NCBI GenBank assembly: GCA_030614685.1
Contig: JAUWTO010000001.1
Coordinates: forward strand, 1 to 51,695
Source of the DNA: Candidatus Aminicenantes bacterium
Lineage (GTDB): Bacteria > Acidobacteriota > Aminicenantia > Aminicenantales > Aminicenantaceae
Direction: 5' to 3'
DNA: 51,695 bases
The notes under the pieces: model-generated
Seen by the model: only the letters and a program-made list of their open reading frames with translations
What the model was told of the DNA's origin: nothing
Databases searched by the model: none
In this document: positions 19,432 to 29,054 of the stretch, piece after piece
How the letters are laid out: every line of letters begins with the position of its first letter
Numbering within the stretch: position 1 is the first letter of the stretch
Translations under genes and position numbers: made by a program

Positions 19432-20929
19432 AAAAAAACCAGAGGACAAGAGCGGAGACCTGAGCGAACAGGAGGTTGTGCGCAGGGAAAAGATGAGGAA
19501 TCTGGCGGAAGCCGGGGTCGATCTCTTCCCTCACAAGATCGCTGTGACCCATTCTATCCAGGAGATCGTCTCCGCGTATTCCGAGAGCAGTGGAGAGGAC
19601 CTGGAGGCCGCGGGCGTCCACGTGGTCATACCCGGTCGCATTGTTTCGATACGCAAGATGGGCCGGGCTATGTTTTTCCACATCAAGGACAGTGAGACCA
19701 AGCTGCAGGCCTACCTCAGGGCGGATAAGATCGGCCAGGGCAAATACGAGCTTTTTTCCTCCATCGATATCGGGGACATGGTGGCGGTGGAGGGCGATCT
19801 CTTCAAAACCAGGACAGGGGAACTGACCATCCTGGCTCAGGACTGGACTTTCCTGGCCAAATGCCTCCACCCCCTTCCCGAGAAGTGGCACGGCCTGCAG
19901 GATGTGGAGCTGCGGTTCCGCAAAAGACACCTCGACCTGATCGTCAACCCGGATACGGCCCGGATCTTCCGCCTGAGGAGCCGGATCATAGCCGGGATCC
20001 GGGAATACTTCAACGGCCGCGGCTATATCGAGGTGGAAACCCCCATGATGCATGCGATCCCGGGCGGGGCACTGGCCAAACCCTTCCAGACTTTTCACAA
20101 TGCCCTGGGCATGGAGCTCTTCCTGAGGATTGCCCCGGAGCTCTACCTCAAACGCCTGACCGTAGGGGGCATGAACAAAGTCTATGAGATCAACCGCAAT
20201 TTCCGGAACGAAGGGATCTCGACCGAACACAATCCGGAATTCACCATGCTGGAGTTCTATGAGGCCTATGCCGATTACAACGATATGATGGAGATGACCG
20301 AGGAGCTGATCCATGACCTGGCGGTCGAGCTGCTGGGGACCGACCAGCTGACCTACGGGGAGCATACCATCTCCCTCAAGCGGCCGTGGAAAAGGATCAA
20401 GTTCATGGAGGCCCTGTCCGAATACAGCGGCCTGGCGCCTTCCCGATTCGACAACCGGGACAGCATCATCGAACTGGCCGTAACCCTGGCCGGGGAAGGG
20501 GCAGCACCGACCTACGGAAAGGCCCTGGACGTTATCTTCGATAAACACGTGAAGCCGCATCTGGTCCAGCCCACCTTTGTCATGAATCCTCCCAAAGAGA
20601 TTTCGCCCTTGGCCAAGGCATCGCCGGATAACCCGGACGAGGCCCAGCGCTTCGAACTCATGGTTGCCGGCATGGAGATCGCCAATGCCTTCAGTGAACT
20701 CTCTGATCCGGACGAGCAGCGGAAGCGCTTCGAACAGCAGGCTGAAGCCAGGAAAAAGGGTGATGAAGAGTCCCATGTGATCGACGAGGATTACATCAAC
20801 GTCCTGGAGTACGGGCTGCCGCCTACGGGGGGAGAAGGCGTAGGGATCGACCGGCTGGTCATGCTGTTCGCGGACAGGAAGTCCATCCGTGAGGTCATCC
20901 TGTTCCCGCTCCTGAGGCCGAAAACCTGA
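19424..20929 (+). CDS. lysS: Lysine--tRNA ligase, class II
   Basis: 501 aa. OB-fold N-domain and class II motifs (FRNEGIS..HNPEFTMLEFY, GGEGVGIDRLVML). 8-nt overlap with nusB. Confidence 0.95.
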   Translation: MSEKKPEDKSGDLSEQEVVRREKMRNLAEAGVDLFPHKIAVTHSIQEIVSAYSESSGEDLEAAGVHVVIPGRIVSIRKMGRAMFFHIKDSETKLQAYLRADKIGQGKYELFSSIDIGDMVAVEGDLFKTRTGELTILAQDWTFLAKCLHPLPEKWHGLQDVELRFRKRHLDLIVNPDTARIFRLRSRIIAGIREYFNGRGYIEVETPMMHAIPGGALAKPFQTFHNALGMELFLRIAPELYLKRLTVGGMNKVYEINRNFRNEGISTEHNPEFTMLEFYEAYADYNDMMEMTEELIHDLAVELLGTDQLTYGEHTISLKRPWKRIKFMEALSEYSGLAPSRFDNRDSIIELAVTLAGEGAAPTYGKALDVIFDKHVKPHLVQPTFVMNPPKEISPLAKASPDNPDEAQRFELMVAGMEIANAFSELSDPDEQRKRFEQQAEARKKGDEESHVIDEDYINVLEYGLPPTGGEGVGIDRLVMLFADRKSIREVILFPLLRPKT

Positions 20930-20974
20930 ATTAGCTTGACGGGATAATCGGGAAAACTTACTCTGTAGCAAACG

Positions 20975-22198
20975 ATGTCGTACGAATGGTTCATCGCCCG
21001 CCGCTACCTGACTGCCAGGCGCAAGCAGGCGTTCATCTCCGTGATCACCTCCATCTCCACCCTGGGGATCACCATCGGTGTCATGGCGCTGATCATTGCC
21101 ATCGCCCTCATCACAGGTTTCCAGGACGACGTGCAGGATAAGATCCTGGGGTCGACTGCGCATGTCATGATTCGCGACTGGTCCGGAGACGGACTGGAGG
21201 ACTACGAATCGCTCGCTGACCGCGTGGCTCGGATGGACGGCGTGATTTCCGCGACACCCGTGGTGTATGATTCCGTGATGATCATTGGCCCTTATCAGAG
21301 CCAGGGCGGCGGCCTGCTTCGCGCCATGGATTTTGAACAGGAACTTCCTCTGTCGAGCTGGCTGCGGGAGCTGGAGCGGGGCGAGCTGCCGGAGAGAGGT
21401 GCCAGGCGGGAGGGAATCCTCCTGGGCCGGGACCTCGCCTTCAGCGTGGGAGCCGCTGTCGGGGACGTGGTCACGGTGATTTCACCCTCCAACCGGTTGT
21501 CCCCCCTGGGAATGTCGCCCAAATTCACCCGCATGAAGGTGACGGGGATCTATGCGACCGGCCTGTATGAGTGGGATTCCACCACGGCGTTGGTCTGGCT
21601 GGATGCCGGGCAGAGGATCTTTGGCTTGGGAGACAGGATCAACCTCATCCAGATCCGGATCGACCAAATTTTCGATGCGCCCAAGATCCGGGACCGGATC
21701 CGGGAGTTTCTGCCGGAAGATACCCATGCCATGACCTGGATGGAGATGAACGAATCGCTTTTTTCCGCTTTGAAGCTGGAGAAGCGTCTTATGTTCTTCA
21801 CCATAACGCTGATCGTGATCGTGGCGGCCCTGAATATCATCGCCACCCTGATCCTCATGGTCATGGAAAAGACCCGCGACATCGGCGTGCTCAAGGCCAT
21901 GGGGGCCTCTTCCCGAAGCATTATGAGGATCTTTTTCATGCAGGGCTCGATGATCGGTGTCTTCGGCACGATCATCGGGACTGCGTTGGGACTGTTCTGG
22001 TGTTTCCTGGCCAACACCTTCGAGCTTATCAAGCTGCCTGTGGACATCTACATGATCGCCTTTGTCCCTTTTCGCATCAAAGTGCTGGATCTCCTGGCTA
22101 TCGTCGGTGTGGCCCTGCTGATCAGCTTTTTATCCACGCTGTTTCCCTCCCACCGGGCGGCCAGAGTTGATCCCGTGAATGCCTTGAAATATGAATAA
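20975..22198 (+). CDS. lolC: Lipoprotein-releasing system permease, LolC/LolE family
   Basis: 407 aa. MSYEWFIARRYL start, FtsX-type C-terminus (EKTRDIGVLKAMGA), followed by lolD. Confidence 0.85.
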   Translation: MSYEWFIARRYLTARRKQAFISVITSISTLGITIGVMALIIAIALITGFQDDVQDKILGSTAHVMIRDWSGDGLEDYESLADRVARMDGVISATPVVYDSVMIIGPYQSQGGGLLRAMDFEQELPLSSWLRELERGELPERGARREGILLGRDLAFSVGAAVGDVVTVISPSNRLSPLGMSPKFTRMKVTGIYATGLYEWDSTTALVWLDAGQRIFGLGDRINLIQIRIDQIFDAPKIRDRIREFLPEDTHAMTWMEMNESLFSALKLEKRLMFFTITLIVIVAALNIIATLILMVMEKTRDIGVLKAMGASSRSIMRIFFMQGSMIGVFGTIIGTALGLFWCFLANTFELIKLPVDIYMIAFVPFRIKVLDLLAIVGVALLISFLSTLFPSHRAARVDPVNALKYE

Positions 22199-22877
22199 TT
22201 CAGAGACGATCCTTCAAATCGAAGACCTGGGCAAGGATTATCCGCTCCCCAAAGGGACCCTTCGCATTTTCGATGGCCTGAGCTTCCAGCTGCAGAAGGG
22301 TGAGCTGGTAGCGATCATGGGAGTGTCCGGAGTGGGAAAGACCACCCTCCTGAACCTGCTGGGCCTGTTGGATTCGCCCTCGCAGGGCCGGATCCTCCTG
22401 GACGGCGAGGACATCTCCCGCAAGTCCGAGGCCGAGAAAGCCGAGATCCGAAACCGGAAGATCGCTTTCATCTTTCAATTCTATCATCTCCTCCCGGAGT
22501 TCAACTCGGTCGAGAACATCAGCTTTCCGCTCCTGATTCGAGGTGTCAAGCGCCGCGAGGCACAGGAGAAGGCGCGCTGCATGCTGGCGGAAGTCTCGCT
22601 CAGTGACAAGGAGCTGCTCAGACCCGGGCAGCTTTCCGGTGGGGAACAGCAGCGGATCGCCATTGCTCGGGCTCTGGTCAGCGAACCGGCGCTGCTCCTG
22701 GCCGATGAACCGACTGGCAACCTGGACTGGCGCACAGGAAAGAGGATCCTGGAGCTCATCCAGGATCTCCACCACAAGAAGGGCCTGTCTTCCGTCATCG
22801 TTACACACAACGAAAAGGTGGCGGAGTTTTGTCAGCATGCCTATCTGATGGAATCCGGGCGGCTGATCAGGATCTGA
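22191..22877 (+). CDS. lolD: Lipoprotein-releasing system ATP-binding protein
   Basis: 228 aa. Walker [10 protein letters not shown], signature LSGGEQQR, Walker [13 protein letters not shown]. 8-nt overlap with lolC. Confidence 0.85.
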   Translation: MNNSETILQIEDLGKDYPLPKGTLRIFDGLSFQLQKGELVAIMGVSGVGKTTLLNLLGLLDSPSQGRILLDGEDISRKSEAEKAEIRNRKIAFIFQFYHLLPEFNSVENISFPLLIRGVKRREAQEKARCMLAEVSLSDKELLRPGQLSGGEQQRIAIARALVSEPALLLADEPTGNLDWRTGKRILELIQDLHHKKGLSSVIVTHNEKVAEFCQHAYLMESGRLIRI

Positions 22878-23066
22878 CCGGCTGCACCCCCGGTACACCG
22901 GTGAAACTTTTTGCCCCATACCTCAGTTATAGTAACGTGAACCGACATGTCCTTCCTGCAGATGATTTTAATCTATTGTTATCAGTAGATTACACTGCGG
23001 TTGTTTCAGCGCTCCTGGGGAGGCTGTCTTTATTTTTACCGGGGAATATGGTATAAGGGAATTGCA

Positions 23067-25418
23067 ATGAAAAGGATTATTCTGTGTCTGATCTTGTGCC
23101 TCATGCCCCTTCTTGTCTTCGGGCAGGAAGTGATCGAAAAAATAGAAATCACGGGCAACCAGCGGGTAACCAAGGAAACCATCCAGTATTACCTCTCGTC
23201 CCGACCAGGTGATTTTTACAGCCAGGACCTGTTTCGTAAGGATTTCAAGGTCCTGTGGGCGACCGGATTCTTTGCCGATATCAGCATTGAGGAGTCGGAC
23301 GGACAGCATGGCAAGGTCATCCTCATCATCGTGGAGGAGAATCCCATCATCAAGGAGATCACCTTCAAGGCCGGCAAGAAGGTCAAGGAGAAGGATATTG
23401 TCAGCAGGCTGAAGGAGAAGGATGCATATATGCTGCCCTATTCCTATTACAGCCAGCACAAGATCCGCCGCGCCGAGGAGGTGATCAAGGAACTCCTGGT
23501 GGAGAAGGGCCTGCCCGCCAGCAAAGTCGAGGTGGTGGCAAACTCCAGGGATCAGAATGAGATGGATGTTGTCTTCGAGATCGACGAGGGCCCCAAGATC
23601 CGCGTGGGAGCGATCACATTCGAAGGGAATCCCAAGCTCTCCGATGCCACCCTGATGTCGGCCTTTTCAGCGAACAAGAAGCACGGGATCATCCCCTGGG
23701 TCACGGGAAAGGACTCGTTCAAGATGAACGCCGTCGCCGATGACCTGGCCAACCTGAAGGCCAAATTCCAGGAATATGGGTATATGGAAGCCACCATCGG
23801 TGAACCCCGTTTCGAGGATATGGAAAAGACCTCGATCTTCCTGAGAAAACAGCCCATGAAGCGGATCATCGTCCCTGTAGACGCCGGCTACCGCTATACC
23901 GTGGGAGAGGTGGTCATCGAAGGCAACCAGTTTTTCACTGCTAAATTCTTGCGCTCCTTTGTCAAGTTCAAGAAAGGCGATGTCTACCGCTCCGGCGTGC
24001 GTGAGGAGGCCCAGGAAAAGATCGAGGAAACATACCGCGACTGGGGGTACATCTATGCCCAGGCCCGACCGATCGAAAAACTTGATCCCAAGAACAAACA
24101 GGTCAACGTCGCCTTTCAGGTGTTCGAGGGAGAAGTGGCCTACCTCAACCGGCTGGAGTTCAAAGGCAATACCTTTACCAAAGACAAGGTGATCCGCCGC
24201 GAGATGGGTATGCGAGAGGGCGACCGCTTCAGCTTTGCCATGTTCAAAGACAGCCTTCTGCGCCTGAACCAGCTCGGCCTGGTGGAGCTCCAGGGCGATC
24301 CAGATATCCGGCCCAATCCTGAAGATCCCACCCAGCTGGATGTGGACATCAACCTCACCGAACTGCAGCGGAACAACATCCAGTTCTCCGCCGGGTACAG
24401 CGGTTATCAGGGCACGTTTGTTTCAGTCAGCTATTCGACCGTCAATTTCCTGGGCGCAGGGGAGAAACTGGAAGCGTCGGTCCAGTATGGAAAACTCATC
24501 AAGAACTACTCCTTCGGGTTCACCGAGCCCTACCTTTTCGACCTGCCCCTCAACCTGGGTTTCCGGGTCCACGACCAGTCCATGATCTATACCGGCCTGT
24601 TCAATCGCCGCAGCCGCGGCGTGAGCCTGAATTTCGGAGCCCGCCTCAGAGGGTATATACGCGGCAGCCTGGTATACAGCTACGAGAACCTCAACGTAAG
24701 CGAGTATGATGGAAGCGGAGGAGATTTTTACAATCCGATAAACAATCCCTATGGCAGCGGAGCGTCGGGTTATTACGCTAATCCGTATTATTCGTACGGG
24801 AAGTACAACATCAGCTCGATCACACCCACACTCTACCGGAACACGGTGGATAGCCCTCTGACTCCCAGCAGTGGGGGGCTCTACCTGGCCGCGGTCAAGT
24901 TTGCCGGCGGTGTCCTGGGTGGGGACGTGGATATGATCAAGCCCCGGTTCGAGATAACGCGCTATATCCGCACCCTCGGCCGCCAGGCTATCGGGCTGCA
25001 TGCCGAGTACTCCTTCATCAAGCCCCTGGGCACCGGAGTACAGGAGGTTCCATTCTGGGAACGTTTCTTCCTGGGAGGGGAGCGGTCGATCCGTGGCTAT
25101 GAGATCTATACCATCGGACCCCGTGACGAGGACGGCGTCAATGTCGGCGGAGACAAATCTCTGGTGTTCAATGCCGAGTACATCATCCCCTTGAGCGGGC
25201 CCTTGTACACGATCCTGTTCTTCGATGCCGGCAACGCCCTCTCCCAGTTCCAGGCTTTCAGGCTCGACAACATGTACACTTCCGCGGGCATTGAGATGCG
25301 GATTTTTGTTCCGGCATTAAGAGTTCCCTTTCGTTTGATTTTTGCGTATAATAACCGCTTGATCTATCGAGGAGACTCGAACTATAACTTCAGGTTCGCC
25401 ATCGGAACTACGTTTTAA
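23067..25418 (+). CDS. bamA: Outer membrane protein assembly factor BamA
   Basis: Signal peptide MKRIILCLILCLMPLLVFG, POTRA repeats (I.I.GN.....I), C-terminal beta-barrel ending FRFAIGTTF. ATG 23067 was chosen over the upstream ORF opening at 23001. Confidence 0.9.
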   Translation: MKRIILCLILCLMPLLVFGQEVIEKIEITGNQRVTKETIQYYLSSRPGDFYSQDLFRKDFKVLWATGFFADISIEESDGQHGKVILIIVEENPIIKEITFKAGKKVKEKDIVSRLKEKDAYMLPYSYYSQHKIRRAEEVIKELLVEKGLPASKVEVVANSRDQNEMDVVFEIDEGPKIRVGAITFEGNPKLSDATLMSAFSANKKHGIIPWVTGKDSFKMNAVADDLANLKAKFQEYGYMEATIGEPRFEDMEKTSIFLRKQPMKRIIVPVDAGYRYTVGEVVIEGNQFFTAKFLRSFVKFKKGDVYRSGVREEAQEKIEETYRDWGYIYAQARPIEKLDPKNKQVNVAFQVFEGEVAYLNRLEFKGNTFTKDKVIRREMGMREGDRFSFAMFKDSLLRLNQLGLVELQGDPDIRPNPEDPTQLDVDINLTELQRNNIQFSAGYSGYQGTFVSVSYSTVNFLGAGEKLEASVQYGKLIKNYSFGFTEPYLFDLPLNLGFRVHDQSMIYTGLFNRRSRGVSLNFGARLRGYIRGSLVYSYENLNVSEYDGSGGDFYNPINNPYGSGASGYYANPYYSYGKYNISSITPTLYRNTVDSPLTPSSGGLYLAAVKFAGGVLGGDVDMIKPRFEITRYIRTLGRQAIGLHAEYSFIKPLGTGVQEVPFWERFFLGGERSIRGYEIYTIGPRDEDGVNVGGDKSLVFNAEYIIPLSGPLYTILFFDAGNALSQFQAFRLDNMYTSAGIEMRIFVPALRVPFRLIFAYNNRLIYRGDSNYNFRFAIGTTF

Positions 25419-25456
25419 GCGCCTGGAAGGTATTTTACGATTCAAGGAGGAATGAG

Positions 25457-25996
25457 ATGAACCGATGCACAACCAAGCTCATCATAATGGCACTGATGAT
25501 CGCAGTCCTGGCTTCCAGTGGTCTGGCCCAGCAGATCATCAAAATAGGCGTGGTAAACTCTCAAGAGGTGCTGGAAAAGTCGGCGGAAGGCATCAGGGTG
25601 CTGGCCCAGCTCCAGGACAAAGATAAGAGGAATCAGGCCGAACTCTCCCGCAGAGACCAGGAGATCCAGGGGCTCCAGACCAGGCTCAACACGCAGAGAC
25701 TCACCCTCACTCCCGAAGCACTCCGCAATTTGACTACGGACCTGCAGCGGAAGCAGACCGAGAGAAATCGGTTCTATGAGGATGCCGGCCAGGAGATGAA
25801 CGAGCTGGCCGACCGCTTGTTCCAGCGGATCCAGAATGAATTGCTCCCCATCATCGAACAGATGGGTAAAGAAAATGGCCTTGATGTCATTTTTGATCTG
25901 GGAAAGAGCGGGGCGATCTATTTCAGCCCCAGTGTGGATATCACAGCGGACGTCATCCTAAGATATGATGCCTCAAAAGCCCCCACAAAAAAGTAA
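25457..25996 (+). CDS. skp: Periplasmic chaperone Skp/OmpH
   Basis: 179 aa. Signal peptide, coiled-coil Q/E/R-rich body, position directly after bamA. Confidence 0.85.
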   Translation: MNRCTTKLIIMALMIAVLASSGLAQQIIKIGVVNSQEVLEKSAEGIRVLAQLQDKDKRNQAELSRRDQEIQGLQTRLNTQRLTLTPEALRNLTTDLQRKQTERNRFYEDAGQEMNELADRLFQRIQNELLPIIEQMGKENGLDVIFDLGKSGAIYFSPSVDITADVILRYDASKAPTKK

Positions 25997-26456
25997 CACT
26001 CCTGTCTTTGACATAGAAAAGATCATGGGGATGCTTCCCCATCGTTACCCCTTTCTGCTCGTCGACCGCGTTCTGGAGATCGAACCGGGAACGACCATCG
26101 TGGCCCTGAAGAATGTGACCTGTAATGAGCCTTTCTTTCAAGGGCATTTCCCGCAGCATAAGATCATGCCCGGCGTGCTGATCATCGAGGCGATGGCGCA
26201 AGCGGGAGGAATTCTTCTGTTCCATTCGATCGAGGAGCCTGAGAAAAAGCTGGTGTTCTTGAGTAAGATCAACAATGCAAAGTTCCGCAAGCCTGTGGTC
26301 CCGGGTGACCAGTTGGAATTGCATGTCACCCTGCTGAAATTTAAGAAAGGATTCGGTCAGATCGAGGCCAAGGCCTATGTCGACGGCCAGGTCGTGGCCG
26401 AATCCGAGATCATGGCGTCGGTGATCAAGCTTGAGGACCTGCATGCCAGAACCTGA
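25965..26456 (+). CDS. fabZ: 3-hydroxyacyl-ACP dehydratase FabZ
   Basis: LPHRYPFLLVDRV, FFQGHFP..PIMPGVLIIEAMAQ motifs. Start uncertain; as called it overlaps skp by 32 nt. Confidence 0.9.
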   Translation: MMPQKPPQKSNTPVFDIEKIMGMLPHRYPFLLVDRVLEIEPGTTIVALKNVTCNEPFFQGHFPQHKIMPGVLIIEAMAQAGGILLFHSIEEPEKKLVFLSKINNAKFRKPVVPGDQLELHVTLLKFKKGFGQIEAKAYVDGQVVAESEIMASVIKLEDLHART

Positions 26457-27267
26457 AACCCGGATCGATCCCTCGGCCGTGGTGCATCCCCGGGCCAATC
26501 TGGATCAGGGGGTCCAGGTGGGTCCCGGCTGCGTGATCGGTGAATTCGTCTCCCTGGGAAAGAACACGCGCCTGGATGCCCATGTCTACCTGACGGGGCA
26601 TACTCGGGTGGGTGAGTCCTGCCGCTTTTTCCCCTACTCCTCGGTGGGCACAGATCCCCAGGATGTCGGCTACCAACAGGAAGAAACGCGGGTCGAGATC
26701 GGGAACCGCAATCTGTTTCGCGAGTTCATGACCATCAACCGAGGGACGCCCAAGGACGTGGGGATCACATGTATCGGAAGTGACAATTATTTCATGGCAT
26801 ACTCGCACATCGCTCATGACTGTCAGGTGGGTGATCAGATCGTGTTCATGAACTGTGTTACCCTGGCGGGGCACTGCCATATCGATGATTACGCGCAGAT
26901 CAGCGGCTTTGCCGGAATTCACCAGTTCTGCCGGGTCGGCAAGTATTCCTATATCGGAGGATATTCCGTTATCACCCAGGATGTCCTGCCTTTCAGCAAG
27001 GTGGCGGGGGGGCGGCCTCAGCTCATCTACGGCCCCAATGCTATCGGGCTGAGGAGGCTAGGATTCTCGCGCGATCGGATCAGGGCCATCAAGGGCATGT
27101 TCCAGCTTATCTTTTTTTCCGACCTGAACACCACTCAGGCTGTGGAGCGGATCGAAAAGGAATTCCCTTCCGGTGAGGACCGGGAAGAGATCGTCTCGTT
27201 CATTCGCGCATCTCAGCGGGGGATCGTAAAAAAAACGTCCGACGAATGGAAAAAAGACTTGGCGTGA
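26443..27267 (+). CDS. lpxA: Acyl-ACP--UDP-N-acetylglucosamine O-acyltransferase
   Basis: Left-handed beta-helix hexapeptide repeats from IDPSAVVHP onward, C-terminal helical domain, synteny after fabZ. Confidence 0.9.
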   Translation: MPEPETRIDPSAVVHPRANLDQGVQVGPGCVIGEFVSLGKNTRLDAHVYLTGHTRVGESCRFFPYSSVGTDPQDVGYQQEETRVEIGNRNLFREFMTINRGTPKDVGITCIGSDNYFMAYSHIAHDCQVGDQIVFMNCVTLAGHCHIDDYAQISGFAGIHQFCRVGKYSYIGGYSVITQDVLPFSKVAGGRPQLIYGPNAIGLRRLGFSRDRIRAIKGMFQLIFFSDLNTTQAVERIEKEFPSGEDREEIVSFIRASQRGIVKKTSDEWKKDLA

Positions 27268-28052
27268 TCGCCGGTTCCGGCGAATCCCCCTACCTCATAC
27301 GAGCCAAAGCTCGGGACCAGGGATATGCGTGTGTGACCGCTGCGATCCGGGACGAGGCAGATCCTTTGCTTGAAAAACAGGGCGGCCCGCTGACCTGGTT
27401 CGGTGTGACCGAGGTCTCGGAGATTGCCCGGTTCTTCAAATCCCATGGGATCACGGAAGCCGTTTTCGCCGGGAAGGTCGATCCCCGGCGCATCTATGAG
27501 AAGAAGAAACTGGGAACGGTCCTGCTGCGCATATTGGAACGCGGCCGTGACCGGAGCGCCGAGTCCGTCATCCGTGCTGCGATGGATTATTTTGCCCGCC
27601 AGGGGATCCACTTCATCTCGCCCGAACCATTCTTTGCGGACGCGATGTGCCAGCCGGGTCTGTTATCCCGGTGCCAGCCCCAGCCCCCCATCGAGGCGGA
27701 TATCGAATGGGGGTGGGAGCGGGCAGGGCAGCTGGCCGATGCGGATGTGGGTCAGTGCATTGTGGTCAAAGACAAGGCCGTGGTGGCGGTTGAGGGCATG
27801 GAGGGGACGGACGCGGCCATCCGGCGTGGAGGAGAGCTGGCCGGGGAAGGGGTTGTGGTCATCAAAAGGGTTCGGTCCCACCAAGACCCGCGCATCGATC
27901 TCCCGGCTGTCGGGCTCGAAACAGTTAAAAGCCTGGTGGCCGCAGGGGGGAAGGCGCTGTGCTTCGAGGCGGGGAAGATGCCTTTTTTTCAGAAGGACGC
28001 CGCCCTGACCCTGGCGGACAGGCACGGGATCGTGGTCCTGGCCCGCACGTGA
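27246..28052 (+). CDS. lpxI: UDP-2,3-diacylglucosamine pyrophosphatase LpxI (DUF1009 family)
   Basis: 268 aa. LGVIAGSGESP start, VVAVEGMEGTDAAIRRGG motif, position immediately after lpxA. Confidence 0.75.
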   Translation: MEKRLGVIAGSGESPYLIRAKARDQGYACVTAAIRDEADPLLEKQGGPLTWFGVTEVSEIARFFKSHGITEAVFAGKVDPRRIYEKKKLGTVLLRILERGRDRSAESVIRAAMDYFARQGIHFISPEPFFADAMCQPGLLSRCQPQPPIEADIEWGWERAGQLADADVGQCIVVKDKAVVAVEGMEGTDAAIRRGGELAGEGVVVIKRVRSHQDPRIDLPAVGLETVKSLVAAGGKALCFEAGKMPFFQKDAALTLADRHGIVVLART

Positions 28053-28139
28053 TTCCCCTCCGCTCACCGCTTTGGATTTGGCTGGATTGTGGTATAATAC
28101 TCCTCCGAACAACTCGTAGAAACTGAGGGCATAAAAAAG

Positions 28140-29054
28140 ATGGATAAAGTCCGGATCGGCATCATCGGCGTTGGATACCTGGGTACCCAGCATGCCCGCA
28201 TCCTTTCCTATCTGGAGGGTGCGGAATTAAAAGGAGTGGCTGATATAGATCTTAAAAAATCCATGGTCATCGGGAACCGCCACGGTGTGTCTTACTGCCA
28301 GAATTTTACGGATATGCTCGATGAGATCGATGCGGCCATCGTGGCCACCCCGACTTCCGAACATTTTACCATCACCGAGAGGCTCCTCAAAGAGGGAAAG
28401 TCGGTGCTGGTGGAAAAGCCCATGACCGACACCGTCGCCCAGGCTGAGAAACTGGTCAGCCTGGCAAAAAAAAACAAGCTCGTCTTCCAGGTCGGGCACC
28501 TGGAGCGATTCAATCCGGCCGTGGAGGCCCTGCAGGACCTGATCTCCGAACCCAAGTTCATCGAGGTGCAGCGGCTGGGTTCATTCTCGGCCCGCTCCCT
28601 GGATACCAACGTCGTGCTGGACCTTATGATCCATGATCTGGACATCATCCTCGACCTGATCCAGGATGACGTGAAGGTCATCCGTTCATCCGGTATCCAT
28701 GTGCTGTCGGAAAAGTTCGATATCGCCAATGCACGCCTGGAGTTCGAGTCCGGGTGCGTAGCGACCCTGACGGCCAGCCGAGTACATCAGGGTAAGGTGA
28801 GGAACCTGAGGATCTTCGAACCCACCGCCTATTACTCCATCGATTACATCGACCAGGCCGTCAAGGTGTTCCCTCTGAACGGCCGGCAGACCGACATCAA
28901 GGACCTGAAGATCAAGAAAGAGGAGCCGCTCAAGAAGGAGCTGCAGAACTTCATCCAATGCATTGGGGACGGGAAGATACGAAAGGTCAGCGGTGAAGAA
29001 GGACTGCGTGCCCTGAGGCTGGCCCACAAGGTCTTGGCTGAGATAGAAACCTAG
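28140..29054 (+). CDS. Gfo/Idh/MocA family NAD(P)-dependent oxidoreductase
   Basis: 304 aa. N-terminal Rossmann IGIIGVGYLG and EKP motif (VLVEKPM). Confidence 0.8.
   Translation: MDKVRIGIIGVGYLGTQHARILSYLEGAELKGVADIDLKKSMVIGNRHGVSYCQNFTDMLDEIDAAIVATPTSEHFTITERLLKEGKSVLVEKPMTDTVAQAEKLVSLAKKNKLVFQVGHLERFNPAVEALQDLISEPKFIEVQRLGSFSARSLDTNVVLDLMIHDLDIILDLIQDDVKVIRSSGIHVLSEKFDIANARLEFESGCVATLTASRVHQGKVRNLRIFEPTAYYSIDYIDQAVKVFPLNGRQTDIKDLKIKKEEPLKKELQNFIQCIGDGKIRKVSGEEGLRALRLAHKVLAEIET

Noticed and set aside
28140-29054. Confident assignment of the Gfo/Idh/MocA protein as GnnA (UDP-GlcNAc 3-dehydrogenase).
   Set aside because: Only the family fold and the neighbourhood support it. No DegT-type GnnB is adjacent, and the nearby aminotransferase (31417-32499) is class I/II. 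It is therefore left as a generic oxidoreductase.
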